Source: Eledone cirrhosa (lineage: Eukaryota). From it: a stretch of 64,000 nucleotides of DNA. The first letter of the stretch is position 1. Each line of letters opens with the position of its first letter. The notes under the pieces were generated by a model. That model did not search any database, was not told the DNA's origin, and was given only the letters and a program-made list of their open reading frames with translations. Of this stretch, positions 1 through 14,104 are shown one piece after another. The DNA lies in contig OZ024744.1 in the NCBI GenBank assembly GCA_964016885.1, positions 57,722,001-57,786,000 of the forward strand, in the 5' to 3' direction. Position numbers and translations under genes: made by a program.

Positions 1-1083
1 GACGTGTCTGTGTCTACAGTTGTATACCGTCTTTGATTAGTCTTTGTCTACAGTTGTATGCCATGTATGACTAGTCTGTGTCTACAGTTGTATGCCGTCT
101 ATGACTAGTCTTTGTCTATAGTTGTATGCCGTCTATGACTAGTGTGTGTCTACAATCGTATGCCGTCTATGACTAGTCTGTGTCTACAGTTGTATACCGT
201 CTATGACTAGTCTATGTCTATAGTTGTATACCGTCTATGACTAGTCTATGTCTACAGTTGTATACCGTCTATGATATGTCTCTGTCTACAGTTGTATACC
301 GTCTATGACTTGTCTGTGTCTACACTTGTATGCCGTCTATGACTAGTCTGTGGCTACCGTTGTATACCATCTACGACTAGTGTGTGTCTACAGTTGTATA
401 TGGTCTATGATAGTCTATGTCTACAGATTTATACCGTCTATGACTAGTCTGTGTCTACGGTTGTATAACGTCTATGACTTGTCTGTGTCTACAGTTGTAT
501 GCCATCTCTGACTTGTGTGGATCTAGCGTTGTATACCGTCTATGACTTGTCTGTATCTACGGTTGTCTACCATCTATGACTAGTGTGTGTCTACAGTTGT
601 AGGCCGTCTATGAATTGTCTGTGTCTACAGTTGTATGCCGTCTGTGACTACAGTTGTATGTCGTCTATGACTTGTCTTTGTCTACAGTTTTATATCGTCT
701 ATGACTTGTCTCTGTCTACAGTTTTAGGCCATCTATGACTTGTTTGTGTCTACAGTTGTAAACCGTGTATGACTTGTCTGTATCTACTGTTGTATGCCGT
801 CTATGACTGGTCTGTGACTACAGTTGTATGTCAGTTGTATGTCAGTTGTATGTCGTCTATGACTTGTCTGTGTCTACAGTTGTATACTGTCAATGACTTG
901 TCTGTGTCTATGGTTGCATGCCATCTATGACTTGTCTGTGTCTACAGTTGTATAACATCTCTGACTTGTCTGTGTCTACAGTTGTATACCGTCTAGGACT
1001 TGTCTATGACTAGTCTGTGTCTACGGTTGTATGCCATCTATGACTTGTCTGTGTCTAGGGTTGTATGCCTTTTATGACTTGTC
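1..1083. repeat. 34-bp minisatellite
   Basis: Unit TGTCTACAGTTGTATACCGTCTATGACTAGTCTG (e.g. 181-214, next unit at 215), about 30 degenerate copies, open at the window start. Confidence 0.95.
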
Positions 1084-1255
1084 ATGTTTTATTTTGTAAA
1101 ATTCAAATATTTTTCACATATATTTAGCCAGGTCCCCCCCTTGGAAGTAGGGAAAATCGGACGTAAAATGATAATATATATATTTAGCCAGGTGTGCCGC
1201 TATATTTTCATGTGTTCCAAGGTGTGCCGTTGGCATAAAAGGGTGAGTACCACTG
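1084..1255. mobile_element. Right end of a hAT (Charlie-like) non-autonomous element
   Basis: Ends GGGTGAGTACCACTG (reverse complement CAGTGGTACTCACCC); subterminal repeats ATATTTAGCCAGG and GGTGTGCCG; followed by AGTTAGAC, the same 8-mer as the TSD of the hAT at 34882-35730. Left end not seen. Confidence 0.6.
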
Positions 1256-2059
1256 AGTTAGACAGATGAATATAGAATTTTGCCCCCAACATACTATTTT
1301 CTCCACTTCAAGTATCTTAGTGATTCCCATATAACTTTTGAGATTATGGATTTGGTCTGAAGACAATTACAGGAGGAAGACTGAGTTAAGATGTGGAGAA
1401 GCATACATCTCTTCATTAAAACATATTTAGTTAACACCCACCAGTGTATTAGTAGGGTCTAAAACTAGCTTCTGATCTGTCCCTGTTGTTATTTTCATAT
1501 ATTTTATATATCATCATCTTCATCATCACCCTCATCATCATCATCATCATCACCTTCACCATCATTTAACATTTGTTTTTTCCCTCCAGGTCACCAACAA
1601 TACTGAAGTGGAGCTATTGACCTCACAAATGGGATTAGTGCCTGCATCTCACAGATTGCCCAGACTGGCCTGTGTTCCATATCCCACTTGTGCATTTTTA
1701 TATTTTATATACGTATTTTATTCATGTTTTTTTTTGTCCTTTATTTCTTTTTTTTATCATTATATTGCTCTCTTTATTATCTCTTTTTATTATTTTTAAT
1801 TTCTGTTTCAATCTGTGTCATTTCTCAGTATTGTATATCTACTAGGGATTGTCTATGATCAGGTTGCTATGACCATAATCATTTGTAAGATCTTTCCTGA
1901 AGAAGTGAAAAAGCACAGAGTCATGTAGTACTTGTGTCATAATCATGATTATGTAATCCTGCACAATATTTTGTGGAACAAAATCACAGAAACAAGTGTA
2001 GAAGTAATAAAAGGTATAACTTCATCTTTGTTCTTTCTATCATTATTATCGTACCATGT

Positions 2060-2275
2060 AAGGCGGTGGATTGGCAGAATCGGTAGAGCGTCAGACACCC
2101 TGCTTCGTGGCATAGAGTTACGGTCATTTACATTCTGAGTTCGAATCCTGCCGAGGTTAGCTTTGCCTTTCATCCTTCGGGGTCGATAAAATAAAGTACC
2201 AGTAATGCACTGGGGTCGATGTAATCAACTTTTCCCTCTCCTAAATTGCTGGCCTGTGCCTATAGTAGAAATCAT
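2060..2275 (+). mobile_element. tRNA-derived SINE, family S1 (Meta-domain-like core)
   Basis: A-box-like TGGCAGAATCGG, B box GAGTTCGAATCC, core GCCTTTCATCCTTCGGGGTCGATAAAATAAAGTACCAG; about 10 copies in the window. Confidence 0.85.
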
Positions 2276-2465
2276 TATCATATCCTGTACCTGACATTTA
2301 CATGTTTGGTTACATATTACATGACGACCAAATCAACAGAACTTACTACTCTCTGGGAAAACTCACTTTGTGTGCTGAGAATGGAATTTCATTGAGTTTT
2401 AAAATTTGGTGTAACTCATCATTTACCTAAGGGGTTTATTATAGGCTGGTGCAGCACAACAGTGT

Positions 2466-2720
2466 ATCATCATCATCATCATCATCAACGTTTAACGCCC
2501 GTGTTCCACGCTTGCATGGGTTTGGACGGGGGTATTCCCACTTGAGGCAAGAGTGATTGTCTTGCTCGCATAGGACTGTCTGGCAGGTTGTCTACAGTTG
2601 GATGCCCTTCCTAACACCAACCACATTTACAGTGTGGGTCTGGGAGGTTTTTACCGTGTTGCCTACACGGCCACATTACAGCGTGGACTGTGTGTTTTTT
2701 TTGTCGTGACACCTACACGA
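2466..2720 (-). mobile_element. SINE/LINE 3' module with RTE-type (GAT)n tail (family S2)
   Basis: GGATGCCCTTCCTAACACCAACC motif and (CAT)n end; similar copies near 3385-3510, 10790-10990, 14690-14905, 17775-17940, 34615-34830, 43425-43590, 46110-46355, 51160-51275, 59020-59260. Confidence 0.8.
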
Positions 2721-2976
2721 TCTCATTTGTTTCGGCCTGGGTGGTGTGGCACCAACATAACTTTACATAGAACGGGGTGGTGTGGATGGGGTGGGAGTGG
2801 TGGGACGGGGGTGTATTTTGTAAGAGATGCCTACTGGCTGTAGTAGGTTTTACTATGTATATATGTATATAGATCATTAAACGTTAAATGAGGATGGTGG
2901 CGGTGGTGGTGGTGGTGATGATGATACACACACATCATACCTTTCGTTTTCTTTCTGCCGCTCTCTTTTCCTCTTT

Positions 2977-3012
<36 letters not shown>

Positions 3013-3542
3013 ACACACACACGCACACATCAGAGATAAAGAAAAGAGTAAGTTTTACTTTTTCTGAGAGTCCAATGTAAAAATAATTCTGTTGATTAGC
3101 AGTTAACTGCAATGTCTAATAAACTGTCTATAAATAACTGAGTCACATGCAAATTTGAAACAAACAGGCATTGTATTCTGTGAATAAGTGTGAAATATGC
3201 CTGCTGTTTTGTACCAACAGTAAGATCAGCAGTAGAAAGAAGGTGGAGGGTGGGAATGGGAGGTATGTACTGTAACCATATATAACATTTACATGCACAC
3301 ATTGATGTGTGTGTGTGTATATATATATATATATTTATGTACCCTCATTACATATAGATGTGTGAAAATATATATATATATATCCTCATCGTCACCGTTT
3401 TACATCCGTTCTTCCACGCTAGCATGGGTTAGACGGGTTGTCCTGTTGTGGGCAGTGTCCGGTCGGCTGACCTTGTCTTGCTCATACGGGAACTGATTCT
3501 GGCTTGATTTCTCTATATATATACTCACACACATTACACACA

Positions 3543-3579
<37 letters not shown>

Positions 3580-3711
3580 GCACTCTTTTACTGGTTTCTT
3601 GTCCATGTCTGGTACTTATTTTATTGATCTCTTTTTTGTTGAACTGCTAAATTATGAGACATAAACACAATACACACATGGTGTGAGGTAGAGTACACAT
3701 ATACATTTACA

Positions 3712-4578
3712 TCATCATCATCATCATCATCTTACGTCCGCTTTTCCCTGCTTGCAAGGGTGGGACGGGTCTTATTCAGCACAGCATCTCTCCACTTGTC
3801 ATGGTCCTTCGTTATCTCCACCGTGAGCTTCAATGATCTGAGGTCTGTTCTCACCACTTCCGCCCATGTTTTTCGAGGTCTACCTCTGCCACGTCTTCCT
3901 TCAACTGGCATTTCCTGGCACTTCTTCACCCATCGGTCATCCTCGATGCGCATCACATGTCCATACCACCTCAGTCTCCTCTCTCGCACACTACATTCTA
4001 TCCCTCTCAACACATCCATGCTGGGTCGTTCTCGCACATTGACATTGCACATCCAACGGAGCATGCTTGCCTCATTTCTCTCCAGCCGTCGCATATCTTC
4101 TGCAGTTGCTGCCCATGTCTCACTACCATGCAGCATCGCGCTCCTCACACAGGCATCATATAACCGGCCTTTCGTACGCAGGGAAAAACCCTTCTTCGTC
4201 AGCAGAGGAAGCAGCTCCCTAAACTTCTTCCAACCCGTCCTTATTCTAGATACTATGGGCTCGGACCCCCCCCCCCCCTCCCATGCTAATCTGATTTCCT
4301 AGCTACCGGAAGCTATCCACCACTTCTATAGCACCCACCTGCATTTGAAAAATATGTCTATCAATGCGACTTCTGCTGTCTAAATTCCCTGTACATCTAC
4401 TGCATACGTATTTCTCCCTACTTGTTAGTTTACCTGCTATCCCACTACATCTCTTGTGTACCCAGGATCTGCATTGTGTGCATTTTATAGAATTTATGCC
4501 AGTTCCTTTTCTGCATATCGAACATGGCCATTTCCCTGGCGGAATCAGAGTTTTGTCCTCTTTTCTACTCATCAACAC
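3712..4578 (-). mobile_element. RTE-clade LINE, 5'-truncated 3' end
   Basis: Peptides KWPCSICRKG..CTQCRSWVHKRCSG, MLHGSETW, RRLRWYGHV, GRGRPRKTW; frameshifted; (GAT)n tail. Confidence 0.9.
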
Positions 4579-4581
4579 TTT

Positions 4582-4875
<294 letters not shown>

Positions 4876-4934
4876 AGCAGGGAAAACAGACATTAAATGA
4901 TTTTGTTGATGATGATATAATATGATCGCTCTCT

Positions 4935-5088
4935 GACATTTTTGCAGTCGAGCCCGTGGCAATGCAGACTTCTGGTGTCCTTGGCCCTAGGGTCACCTCC
5001 CTGCTCACCACCATCAGCACAGAGTTGGCTACCTGCAGGTATGAGCCTCGCAAACTGGAATGGTTCTTCCAGCGTGTCTGAGGCAAAC
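4935..5088 (+). mobile_element. CRE-clade LINE endonuclease C-terminal fragment
   Basis: FAVEPVAMQTSGVLGP..LEWFFQRV, homologous to 44199-44420 and 56335-56540. Confidence 0.75.
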
Positions 5089-5964
5089 ACTTATATAAAA
5101 TTAATTTTTTTAAATTAAATTTATGTTTATAGCCTATTATGGAACATTACAAATTGCTCACAGTTCTTTCAGAATATCGTTACAAAATAATTGTTTCTAC
5201 TTTTGGCACAAGGCCAGCAATTACCCCAGTGCATTACTGGTACTTTATTTTATCAACCCCCGTAATGATGAAAGGCAAAGTTAACCTCGACAAATATAAA
5301 GGCATATAACAAATACAATTAACTATTGCTAGGAACCTAACAGGGATCTATTACCATGATCATCACAGGAAAGCAACACAAGTCAATATATCTAGAATGG
5401 AATGGTCCAATCAACACACAGCAGTGATAGACGGAATGAATTTGTTGTCTGAGGGTGACAACTATTAATTTGAATGGGCTTTGTACAAAATATCTAGACA
5501 GCATGTAGAATTTGGACAGAAAATAACCAAAACAAATACCCAGGAAAATAAATTTGTATGGATTGTTAGTGGTTTAAGTTGCACCTGTGTGTACATATGG
5601 TTACATACCCGCACACATACACATACACACACAGACACACACACACATCTATATACATACACATATATATATATTCGTCAACTAAAAGATATGGAAAAAG
5701 TGACAGAACATTGAATGGGAATAAAATTAATATTTTCTGTTATATTTCATTTACCTTATTGTTGGCAATTTCATAATAAGAGAACGATGGAAGAGGTATT
5801 GTGAAAAAAAATGGAATATTTTATTAAACCAATTTAAGTTTTGTTTAATATGACAATGACTTTATACAATTTACCTTTATATTATAGCTGTAATGCTGTG
5901 AGAAGGGTTCGGTGCGGCCAACTGGCCTGTCCCTCCAGCTTAGTGGTATCACTGGTCCCTTCGC

Positions 5965-6245
5965 ATAGTGGTGCCATTCAAACGCCAGGCTCCGAAACAG
6001 GTTCCACACCTGTCCCTCTTTATTGCAGTGTCATCCAGTACCGGCTCCAAAACTGTGGTAACGTTGTGTGATGGGTTTCGCACGGCCACCCAGCCACCCC
6101 CTTCTCATAGTAGTGCCACCCAGTGCTGGGCCCCCAAACCATGGCTATACTGTGCTATAGGCTCCTTGTATCGGTGCCATCCAGTACCGGGTCCAAAACT
6201 ATGGTTCCCACTGTGTAATGGGTCGGGCTCCAAAAAATATGGTTC
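5965..6245 (+). repeat. Degenerate repeat: ~30-bp motif recurring every 60-80 bp
   Basis: GTG(C/T)CATCCAGTACCGG(G)TCCAAAACT(G/A)TGGT-like motif at about 5970, 6028, 6112, 6173. Confidence 0.6.
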
Positions 6246-6591
6246 TGGTGTAGGACAGAACAAAGGAGGGATTAAAAATAAAAAACCTAGTCACTGAGGA
6301 GGTCACAAAATGTGTGATGAAAGAGCTTTGACAATATATAAACAACCATCCGGTTATCGAACCAACCAACCAAATGGAAATTTATAATAAATTGAAGTGA
6401 AAACCAACAGGTGCGTGTGTTTTTATTGGCAGCATGACTCTCCCAAAGTATAGCAATATCTGTTTCAACACACGTTTTCAGATAAGAAATCTTGCAAAAC
6501 AAATTCTTAAACGAAGTATATATATATATATATATATCATCATCATTTAACATCCACTTTCCATGCTATCATGGGTATATATATGTATATA

Positions 6592-7318
6592 GGCACACTG
6601 TATGATGCATGCATACGAATACCAATGTTACATGGTAGTGAGACCTGAGTGTAGTGTGTAGAAGACTTGTGTAGATTAGAAAGAAACGAAGCCTGCATGC
6701 TCCGATGGATGTGTAATAGTAATATACACAAACGGCAAAGCATAAACGAATTGAGAGAGAGACTGAGCATAAGAGGAATCAAATGTTGTGTGCAAGAGAG
6801 GAGGTTGTGTTGGTATGGACATGTGATGCATATGAAGGATGACAGCTGCATAAAAAGGTGCAGAGCACTAGAAGTCGATGGAAAGCGCGGAGTGGGGAGA
6901 CCCAAGAAGACCTAGGATGAGGTGATAAAAGCCGACCTTACCCAATTGCACCTCTCAAAGGCAATAACACACGACTGTGACCTCTGGTGTCACGCAGTAA
7001 TACAGAAGACCCGACTTCCCACAGGTACAAGCTGAAGCTGAAGCATATAGACAATATGCCCCACCCCCTCCCACGTCAAAAAAAGTACCCAGCCCACACT
7101 GTAAAGTGGACGTGTAGGCGTCACGGAAAGAAAGCACCCAGCACTCACTGTAAATGAGGTTGGTGTTAGGAAGGGTATCCAGCTGTAGAAATCAAGCCAG
7201 CATCAGTTCCCGTATAAGCTAGACAAGGTCAGCTGACCGGACACTGCCCACAACAGGACAACCCCTCTAACCCAGGCTAGTGTAGAAGAATGAACGTAAA
7301 ACAGTGATGATGATGATA
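6592..7318 (+). mobile_element. RTE-clade LINE 3' end, subfamily with long 3' UTR
   Basis: LERNEACMLRWMC..WYGHV..GVGRPKKT; closely similar to the reverse complement of 35880-36620; (GAT)n tail. Confidence 0.9.
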
Positions 7319-8029
7319 TATATATAATACTAAAATTTAGCGTGCATGGTTTTGTTCATGTGTTACTTGAACTTAGGCCAAACTGTCCATTGTACAGCAA
7401 AAATTCCTTCAGCAAGTGTACTCAACCCTTTTAGCCTAAAATAACTTCCAGTACATTTCTGTGATTGGAAGACTGAAAGCTAAATAATGTTCTTTCTTAC
7501 ATAAATCAATATAGAAAGTCATTTGCAGCCATTAAGAGAGACATTGAAATAAAAAAAAAAACATGTGCACAAGTATACAGGAATACAATTACGCATACAT
7601 TATATGAAAGACAAACACACACACACATACACACAATAGCAAACATATACACAACACACACATACACACAATAACAAACATATACACAACACAACACATA
7701 TGTCACAGTAAATGTGTGAAAATAGACACAAACACTCACACAAGCATATATATATATATGAGTATATGTAATAAAAGAAATCAATTCGCAATCATTCACA
7801 CAAATGATAAAAACATACAAACACGCAGATGTGATGAACTTTAGAACGCTGGACTTATATAGTATCTCCCCCCCCCTTCTCAGTCATCACATAGACGTAT
7901 GTTAGACACCCCTTCCTTCTAACCCTAACCCTAACCTAACCCTTCCTTCCCCAGTCATCTCTAGTGTGTGACAGACAAATACACTAGGCTATTATATTAG
8001 TAGATTATTGATTTATGTTCATACCTATA

Positions 8030-8345
8030 ACTAGACACTCCGTCGGTTACAACGATGAGTGCTCCTGTTGATGCAATCAACGGAACAGCCTGCTCGTGAA
8101 ATTAGTGTGCAAGTGGCTGGAGCTTTCTACAGACATGTGTACTGCTAACGTAGATCTCAGAGAGATTCGCCATGACAAGGCTGGCCCTTCAAATTACAGG
8201 TACAACCCATTTTTCCCAGCTGAGAGAACTGGAGCAATGTGAAAGGAAGTGTCTTGCTCAAGGATACACCGTATCACTAGGATTTGACCTCATGACCTTA
8301 TGATTGTAAGCCAAATACCATAACCACAGAGCCACATGCCTTCAT
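8030..8345 (-). mobile_element. CORE-type tRNA SINE (family S3)
   Basis: CORE-like GTGTCTTGCTCAAGGA and tRNA-like head; related copies near 48420-48615, 51770-52010, 52560-52850, 59740-60020. Confidence 0.75.
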
Positions 8346-9032
8346 ATATATAATATATATAAAATCCCGCCGAGGTTGACTTTGCCTTTCATCCTTACGG
8401 GGTTGATAAAATAAAGTACCAGTAATGCACTGGGTAATTGCTGGCCTTGTGCCTAAAGTAGAAACAATTATATATTATATATTATTTATTTATGTTCATA
8501 CTGGGAACAAAAAGCACAATCTGGGAGATGGTTATAACTGGACCTTGAAACTTAGTGTGGACTTGGCACTTTTTCTCGTGAAACCTATACGACCACTTTA
8601 AAGTGTGGGTTGAGCACTTTTTGTCCTGGCACCTACTTGAACACTTTACAGTGTAGACTTGTGGCTGGGGTAAGGAGGTATGTGGGGATTGGGGAGATAG
8701 ATTTAGGGTAGGGCATTTATCTGGAGAAGGGTGGGAGTGTAGGGATATGGATGAAGGGTGGAGCATTAGGACATGAGTGGAGTGTTAGGACGTGGGCAAA
8801 GAAGGAGGAGGAGGAGGAGGAGGAGAAAAAGAAGAATTTCTTTATGAATTCATTTTGTTTGTTTATTTGTTTGAAAACTGTACTGCACATGTTTGACATA
8901 GTTTTAAAAATCTGCCCTGAAATATTAGATTTCTGTGAATTTCTGGAAATATTTATGAATTATCTTTTTTATCTATCAATAACATATTTTACATGCTTTT
9001 TAAAAAGGAATTTGATAGAAACTAATGTTAGG

Positions 9033-9260
9033 TTACCCCTTTAGCATTTACATTACTCTAAATTTACTATTATATTTTCACAGTAAAGGCTTTATTTCAC
9101 ATAATTATCTCATATAATATGGAATCTATGAAATTTTGATATTATTTGTTTTGAGAACAATACCTTAATATCAGTATGAGTGGCCAGTAACAGCTGATTT
9201 GAACAGAAAGAAGTAAGAGAATTCTGGTCAGATACGGCCTTTTAAATGCTAAAGGGTTAA
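9033..9260. mobile_element. TTAA-flanked MITE (piggyBac-like TIR)
   Basis: CCCTTTAGCATTTA ... TAAATGCTAAAGGG|TTAA; copies at 15138-15365, 31701-31885 (partial), 42206-42623, 47533-47738. Confidence 0.8.
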
Positions 9261-9675
9261 ATTTAAAAATGTTACTTCTTGAACATTTTTTGCATAAATA
9301 AGCAATTCTTTATTTTATTGTTCATTGAACTATTTTATGAGTAAAATTATTTACAAAGATAATAGTTAATTATATTGATTTATTAGAAGGTAGGTAGATT
9401 ATAAGAATTTTTGGATGATCAAATTATCATAGTTGAGAAAATATTCTGCATTATATAAATCATAGTAGTGTTGAGCTTTTAACTTTATTGAAGAAATTTA
9501 TCAGACTTCTGTTCAGTGTTGGTAAATATTTGTGTATGATAGTGGATACAGATATCTGTTCAGTTTGAATTGTAAATATTTATATTTACATATCTCTTTT
9601 AAAATTCATATTACTCATTCTTAGATTAAAAATAATTATATAGTATGTATATATATATGTATATATATATATATG

Positions 9676-9723
<48 letters not shown>

Positions 9724-9770
9724 CACACATATATATATATATACATACACATACACATATATATATATAT

Positions 9771-9975
9771 AAAATAATTAAGTCAAATATTTAAAATTTG
9801 GCTTCGTTTATAGATATACTGCTATATATATATATATAGCAGTATTTCTATAAACGAAGCCAAATTTTACATATTTGACTTAATTATTTTACATTACTCC
9901 GGAGTAAACAAACCAGCCTGCGTACTTCGTCAAGTGCTCCAATCTGCATACTGAGGTGTCGGTAAACAACCAACA
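9771..9975. mobile_element. Fold-back family J: ~52-bp inverted arms around (TA)n plus tail
   Basis: AAAATAATTAAGTCAAATAT..ATACTGC (TA)n GCAGTAT..ATATTTGACTTAATTATTTT, then ACTCC..CAAGTGCTCCAATCT resembling the tail at 49370-49410. Confidence 0.7.
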
Positions 9976-10071
9976 TATACTCAAAATCTATCCAGGAAAA
10001 ACTATCCAGGAAAAACTTGAACCGTTAAGATCTGCTTCCTGGATATGTCAATATTTATAAAACAAACTTTG

Positions 10072-10132
10072 TATTTTATCTGATGAGAGTGTACCAAAGT
10101 GTTGGTACCCTTGAAATATATATAATAGAATA
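10072..10132 (+). ncRNA. Minimal type I hammerhead ribozyme (family A)
   Basis: Stem I TATTTTAT/ATAGAATA, CTGATGA, stem II GAGTGTACCAA-AGTG-TTGGTACCCTT, GAAA, palindromic stem III ATATATAT, AUA triplet. Confidence 0.85.
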
Positions 10133-10199
10133 AATATGGTTTTATAAAGATAGTTTCCATTTATTAAATATCATTGATATATATATATATGCACTCACA

Positions 10200-10665
10200 C
10201 ATACAGAGCCTCCATCCCATCCCTTCCTCTCTCCCAACGAAATCCAAAATTCAGAGTTGGTACCATGAACGTAGGCACATTGAAAGGTCACTCAAATGAG
10301 GTTGTAGAGATGCTTGAACGTAAGGAAGTTGATGTTTGTTGTGTACAAGAGACTTGGTAGAGAGGGGGTATGCTAGATTCATTGTGGGCACAAAACGATG
10401 CTATAAACTTTTCTGGATGGGATGTGAGAACGGACTGGGTGGAGTAGGAATTATGTTAGCAGAAAAATTGGTAGATAATGTAATTGCGGTAAATAGAATG
10501 AACGACAGAATAATTAAAATGAGACTAGTTCTAAATAGAACAACTGTGTCAATAATATCTGCTTACGCACCCCAATGTGGACTGCCTGGCATTATAAAAG
10601 ACAGGTTCTATGAGTCCCTAATGTTCACTACCTCCCAAATAACCGACAGTGACTACATAGTTAGT
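10200..10665 (+). mobile_element. RTE-clade LINE APE endonuclease N-terminal fragment
   Basis: RVGTMNVGTLKG..VDVCCVQETW, GVGIML, ISAYAPQCG. Confidence 0.85.
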
Positions 10666-10748
10666 TCTTGCTGAGTTTCTGTCTGATGACTCTGCGATAA
10701 ACAGGCAAAACTCCAGAGTAACAAGATTCACTATTTAACCTTAATAAA

Positions 10749-10784
<36 letters not shown>

Positions 10785-11176
10785 CATCATCATCATCATC
10801 ATCATCGTTTGAAGTCCATCTTCCACACTAGCATGGTTTAGACGGGTTAGTTCCATTTAGATGCACGTTGGGTTGGGTAACCATGTCTCACTCATATAGG
10901 ACCGTTTCTGGCTGCTTTTTTATGGCTGGATGCCCTTCCTAACGCCAACCACTTTACCGTGTGTGCTGGGTGCTTTTTGTCGTCTTTCCTACACGACCAC
11001 TGGTGGTCAGAGGCACTGCTTGAGTGTTGACCAACATGTTTAATCACTTTGATCTGTTGTGCCTTGTCATTACTAATACTGAGTAACAGAAATATATAAG
11101 AGGCACACAAAAAGCAACAAGTGTTCACTGGACACATCATTTTCATTTACCCATTGAGCTAAGGACCTTTAATCTC

Positions 11177-11182
11177 TGTGTG

Positions 11183-11216
<34 letters not shown>

Positions 11217-11326
11217 CCCATGTAACATTTATATGAGTATGTGTACCGTTGTAGATGTGCGTGTGTGTGTGTGTGTGTGTCTGCCCATGCAACATTTATA
11301 TGAGTATGTGTACCGTTGTAGATGTG

Positions 11327-11375
<49 letters not shown>

Positions 11376-11411
11376 CCATGCAACATTTATATGAGTATGT
11401 TTACCATGTAG

Positions 11412-11447
<36 letters not shown>

Positions 11448-11549
11448 CCATGCAACATTTATATGAGTATGTGTACCATTGTAGATGTGTGTGTGTGTGT
11501 GTGTGTGCGCGCCCATGTAACATTTATATGAGTATGTGTACCGTTGTAG

Positions 11550-11597
<48 letters not shown>

Positions 11598-11693
11598 CCA
11601 TGCAACATTTATATGAGTATGTGTACCGTTGTAGATGTGTGTGTGTGTGTGTGTGCCCATGTAACATTTATATGAGTACGTGTACCATTGTAG

Positions 11694-11781
<88 letters not shown>

Positions 11782-11881
11782 CCATGTAACATTTATATGA
11801 GTATGTGTACCATTGTAGATGTGTGTGTGTGTGTGTGTGTGCGCCCATGTAACATTTATATGAGTACGTGTACCATTGTAG

Positions 11882-11939
<58 letters not shown>

Positions 11940-11976
11940 CCATGTAACATTTATATGAGTACGTGTACCATTGTAG

Positions 11977-12010
<34 letters not shown>

Positions 12011-12110
12011 CCATGTAACATTTATATGAGTACGTGTACCATTGTAGATGTGTGTGTGTGTGTGTGTGCGCGCCCATGTAACATTTATATGAGTATGTGT
12101 ACCATTGTAG

Positions 12111-12152
<42 letters not shown>

Positions 12153-12505
12153 CCATGTAACATTTATATGAGTACGTGTACCATTGTAGATTTGTGTATG
12201 TGTGTGCGCCCATGTAACATTTATATGAGTATGTGTACCATTGTAGATGTGTGTGTGTGCCTATGTAACATTTGTATGAGTATGTGTACCATTGTAGATG
12301 TGTGTGTGTGTGTGTGTGTGCGCGCCCATGCAACATTTATATGACTATGTGTACCATTATAGATGTGTGTGTGTGTGTGTGCGCGCCCATGTAACATTTA
12401 TATGACTATGTGTACCGTTGTAGATGTGTGTGTGTGTGTGTGCGCGCCCATGTAACATTTATATGACTATGTGTACTGTTGTAGATGTGTCTGTGTATGT
12501 GTCCC
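11177..12505. repeat. Compound minisatellite: ~41-bp constant unit alternating with variable (GT)n
   Basis: GCCCATGTAACATTTATATGAGTATGTGTACCATTGTAGAT repeated about 20 times, separated by (GT)n of varying length. Confidence 0.95.
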
Positions 12506-12659
12506 ATATATGGAGAAATAAGTTTTAAAACAGTTAATTGACATTTGTTAATCATATTTCATGCATCCGTAAAATTTATATCTAAGTTGCCATGTGTTTA
12601 TATAAATAAATATATATATATGTGTGTGTATATATATATATATACACACACACATACAC

Positions 12660-13142
<483 letters not shown>

Positions 13143-13315
13143 CTGTAAGGGAATCACTCTATCATTACCATAACAGAAGTCCAATGTGATTTTCATTCCA
13201 GAGTCAGGCCCGATCAATACAGATCGAACCTTCAGCTGATCAATCACAAAACACACGTCACACCTCAATAGATTTAATGAAGATTTAACACCTCATCCAT
13301 ATTATTATTATATAA

Positions 13316-13787
13316 ACTAGCAGAAAAACCACCCTTCAGGTGGTGTTCTGCTAGCATGTGTAGCGTGTATATTGATATTATACGCAAGTATATATACATG
13401 TAGATATGATACATCAAATAAAATCGTAATTGACAATATATAATACATAGAAATTGAACGAAGACTGTGTTACACTGTCCTATTTAATCAGTAACGTAAT
13501 CCATACATTAAAAAAGACAATATTATATATAAACTGCATTAGGAGAAAATTAGTGACGGAAAATTAGTATGTTAATTTAACGGGAAGTGTTGACATTTCA
13601 GAAATTTTAAAGAAGTGAATCTTTAAATAAACAAAATATATTTAATGAACAGCCACGAAATTTAGTAGATAAATTATGTAATATTCATTAATTATTTATT
13701 CAAAGTAATCCAACTTATTTTACTAATTGGATAAAAAATTATAAACCGTACGCAGTCCTGCGCTCCTTACTTTATTATAGTTTAGAT
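13316..13787 (+). mobile_element. Helentron-associated (HINE/DINE-1-like) non-autonomous element, tentative
   Basis: Starts ACTAGCAGAA with 5' hairpin CTAGCAGAA..CCACC..GGTGG..TTCTGCTAG and ends TTTATTATAGTTTAGAT; same start as 50248. Confidence 0.4.
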
Positions 13788-13843
13788 ATATTTTAATAAA
13801 AGATTGGAGGCCATATTCAGTTGATTCAGGTTTATTTAAAACT

Positions 13844-13901
13844 CCGTTATACATATTTCACTGAGGACTATCAGTTATGATAGCCTGAGCTCTTCAGATG
13901 G
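13844..13901 (-). ncRNA. Minimal type I hammerhead ribozyme (family C, left arm)
   Basis: Reverse complement CCAT CTGAAGA GCTCAGGCTATCA-TAAC-TGATAGTCCTCAGT GAAA TATGTATA ACGG. Confidence 0.75.
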
Positions 13902-14046
13902 AAAAAAACTTTCAAAACATTGAAAGTCCCCCACCCCCTCCCCCACCCCCCTAAATTTGGAAGAATCCAATAATTTCTCTGAAAAAGATGTCTTTTCTTG
14001 ATACAGGGGACTGGCCAAGCACGTGGTGTTGTTTCTTCGACAGCCG

Positions 14047-14104
14047 GCCTCTGAAGAACTCAGGCTATCATAACTGATAGTCCTCAGGGAAATATGTATA
14101 ATGG
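14047..14104 (+). ncRNA. Minimal type I hammerhead ribozyme (family C, right arm)
   Basis: CTGAAGA ACTCAGGCTATCA-TAAC-TGATAGTCCTCAGG GAAA TATGTATA ATGG; stem I imperfect. Confidence 0.65.

Noticed and set aside
2060-2160. tRNA gene
   Set aside because: A/B boxes belong to a multi-copy SINE head; no cloverleaf or terminator
5965-6245. Spaced ~30-bp repeats resembling a CRISPR array
   Set aside because: Repeats are degenerate, spacers are related to each other, no cas genes
7918-7941. Telomeric repeat CCCTAA
   Set aside because: Only about three units inside a probable interspersed repeat
11177-12505. CRISPR-like repeat-spacer appearance
   Set aside because: Spacers are (GT)n, not unique; eukaryotic context and no cas genes
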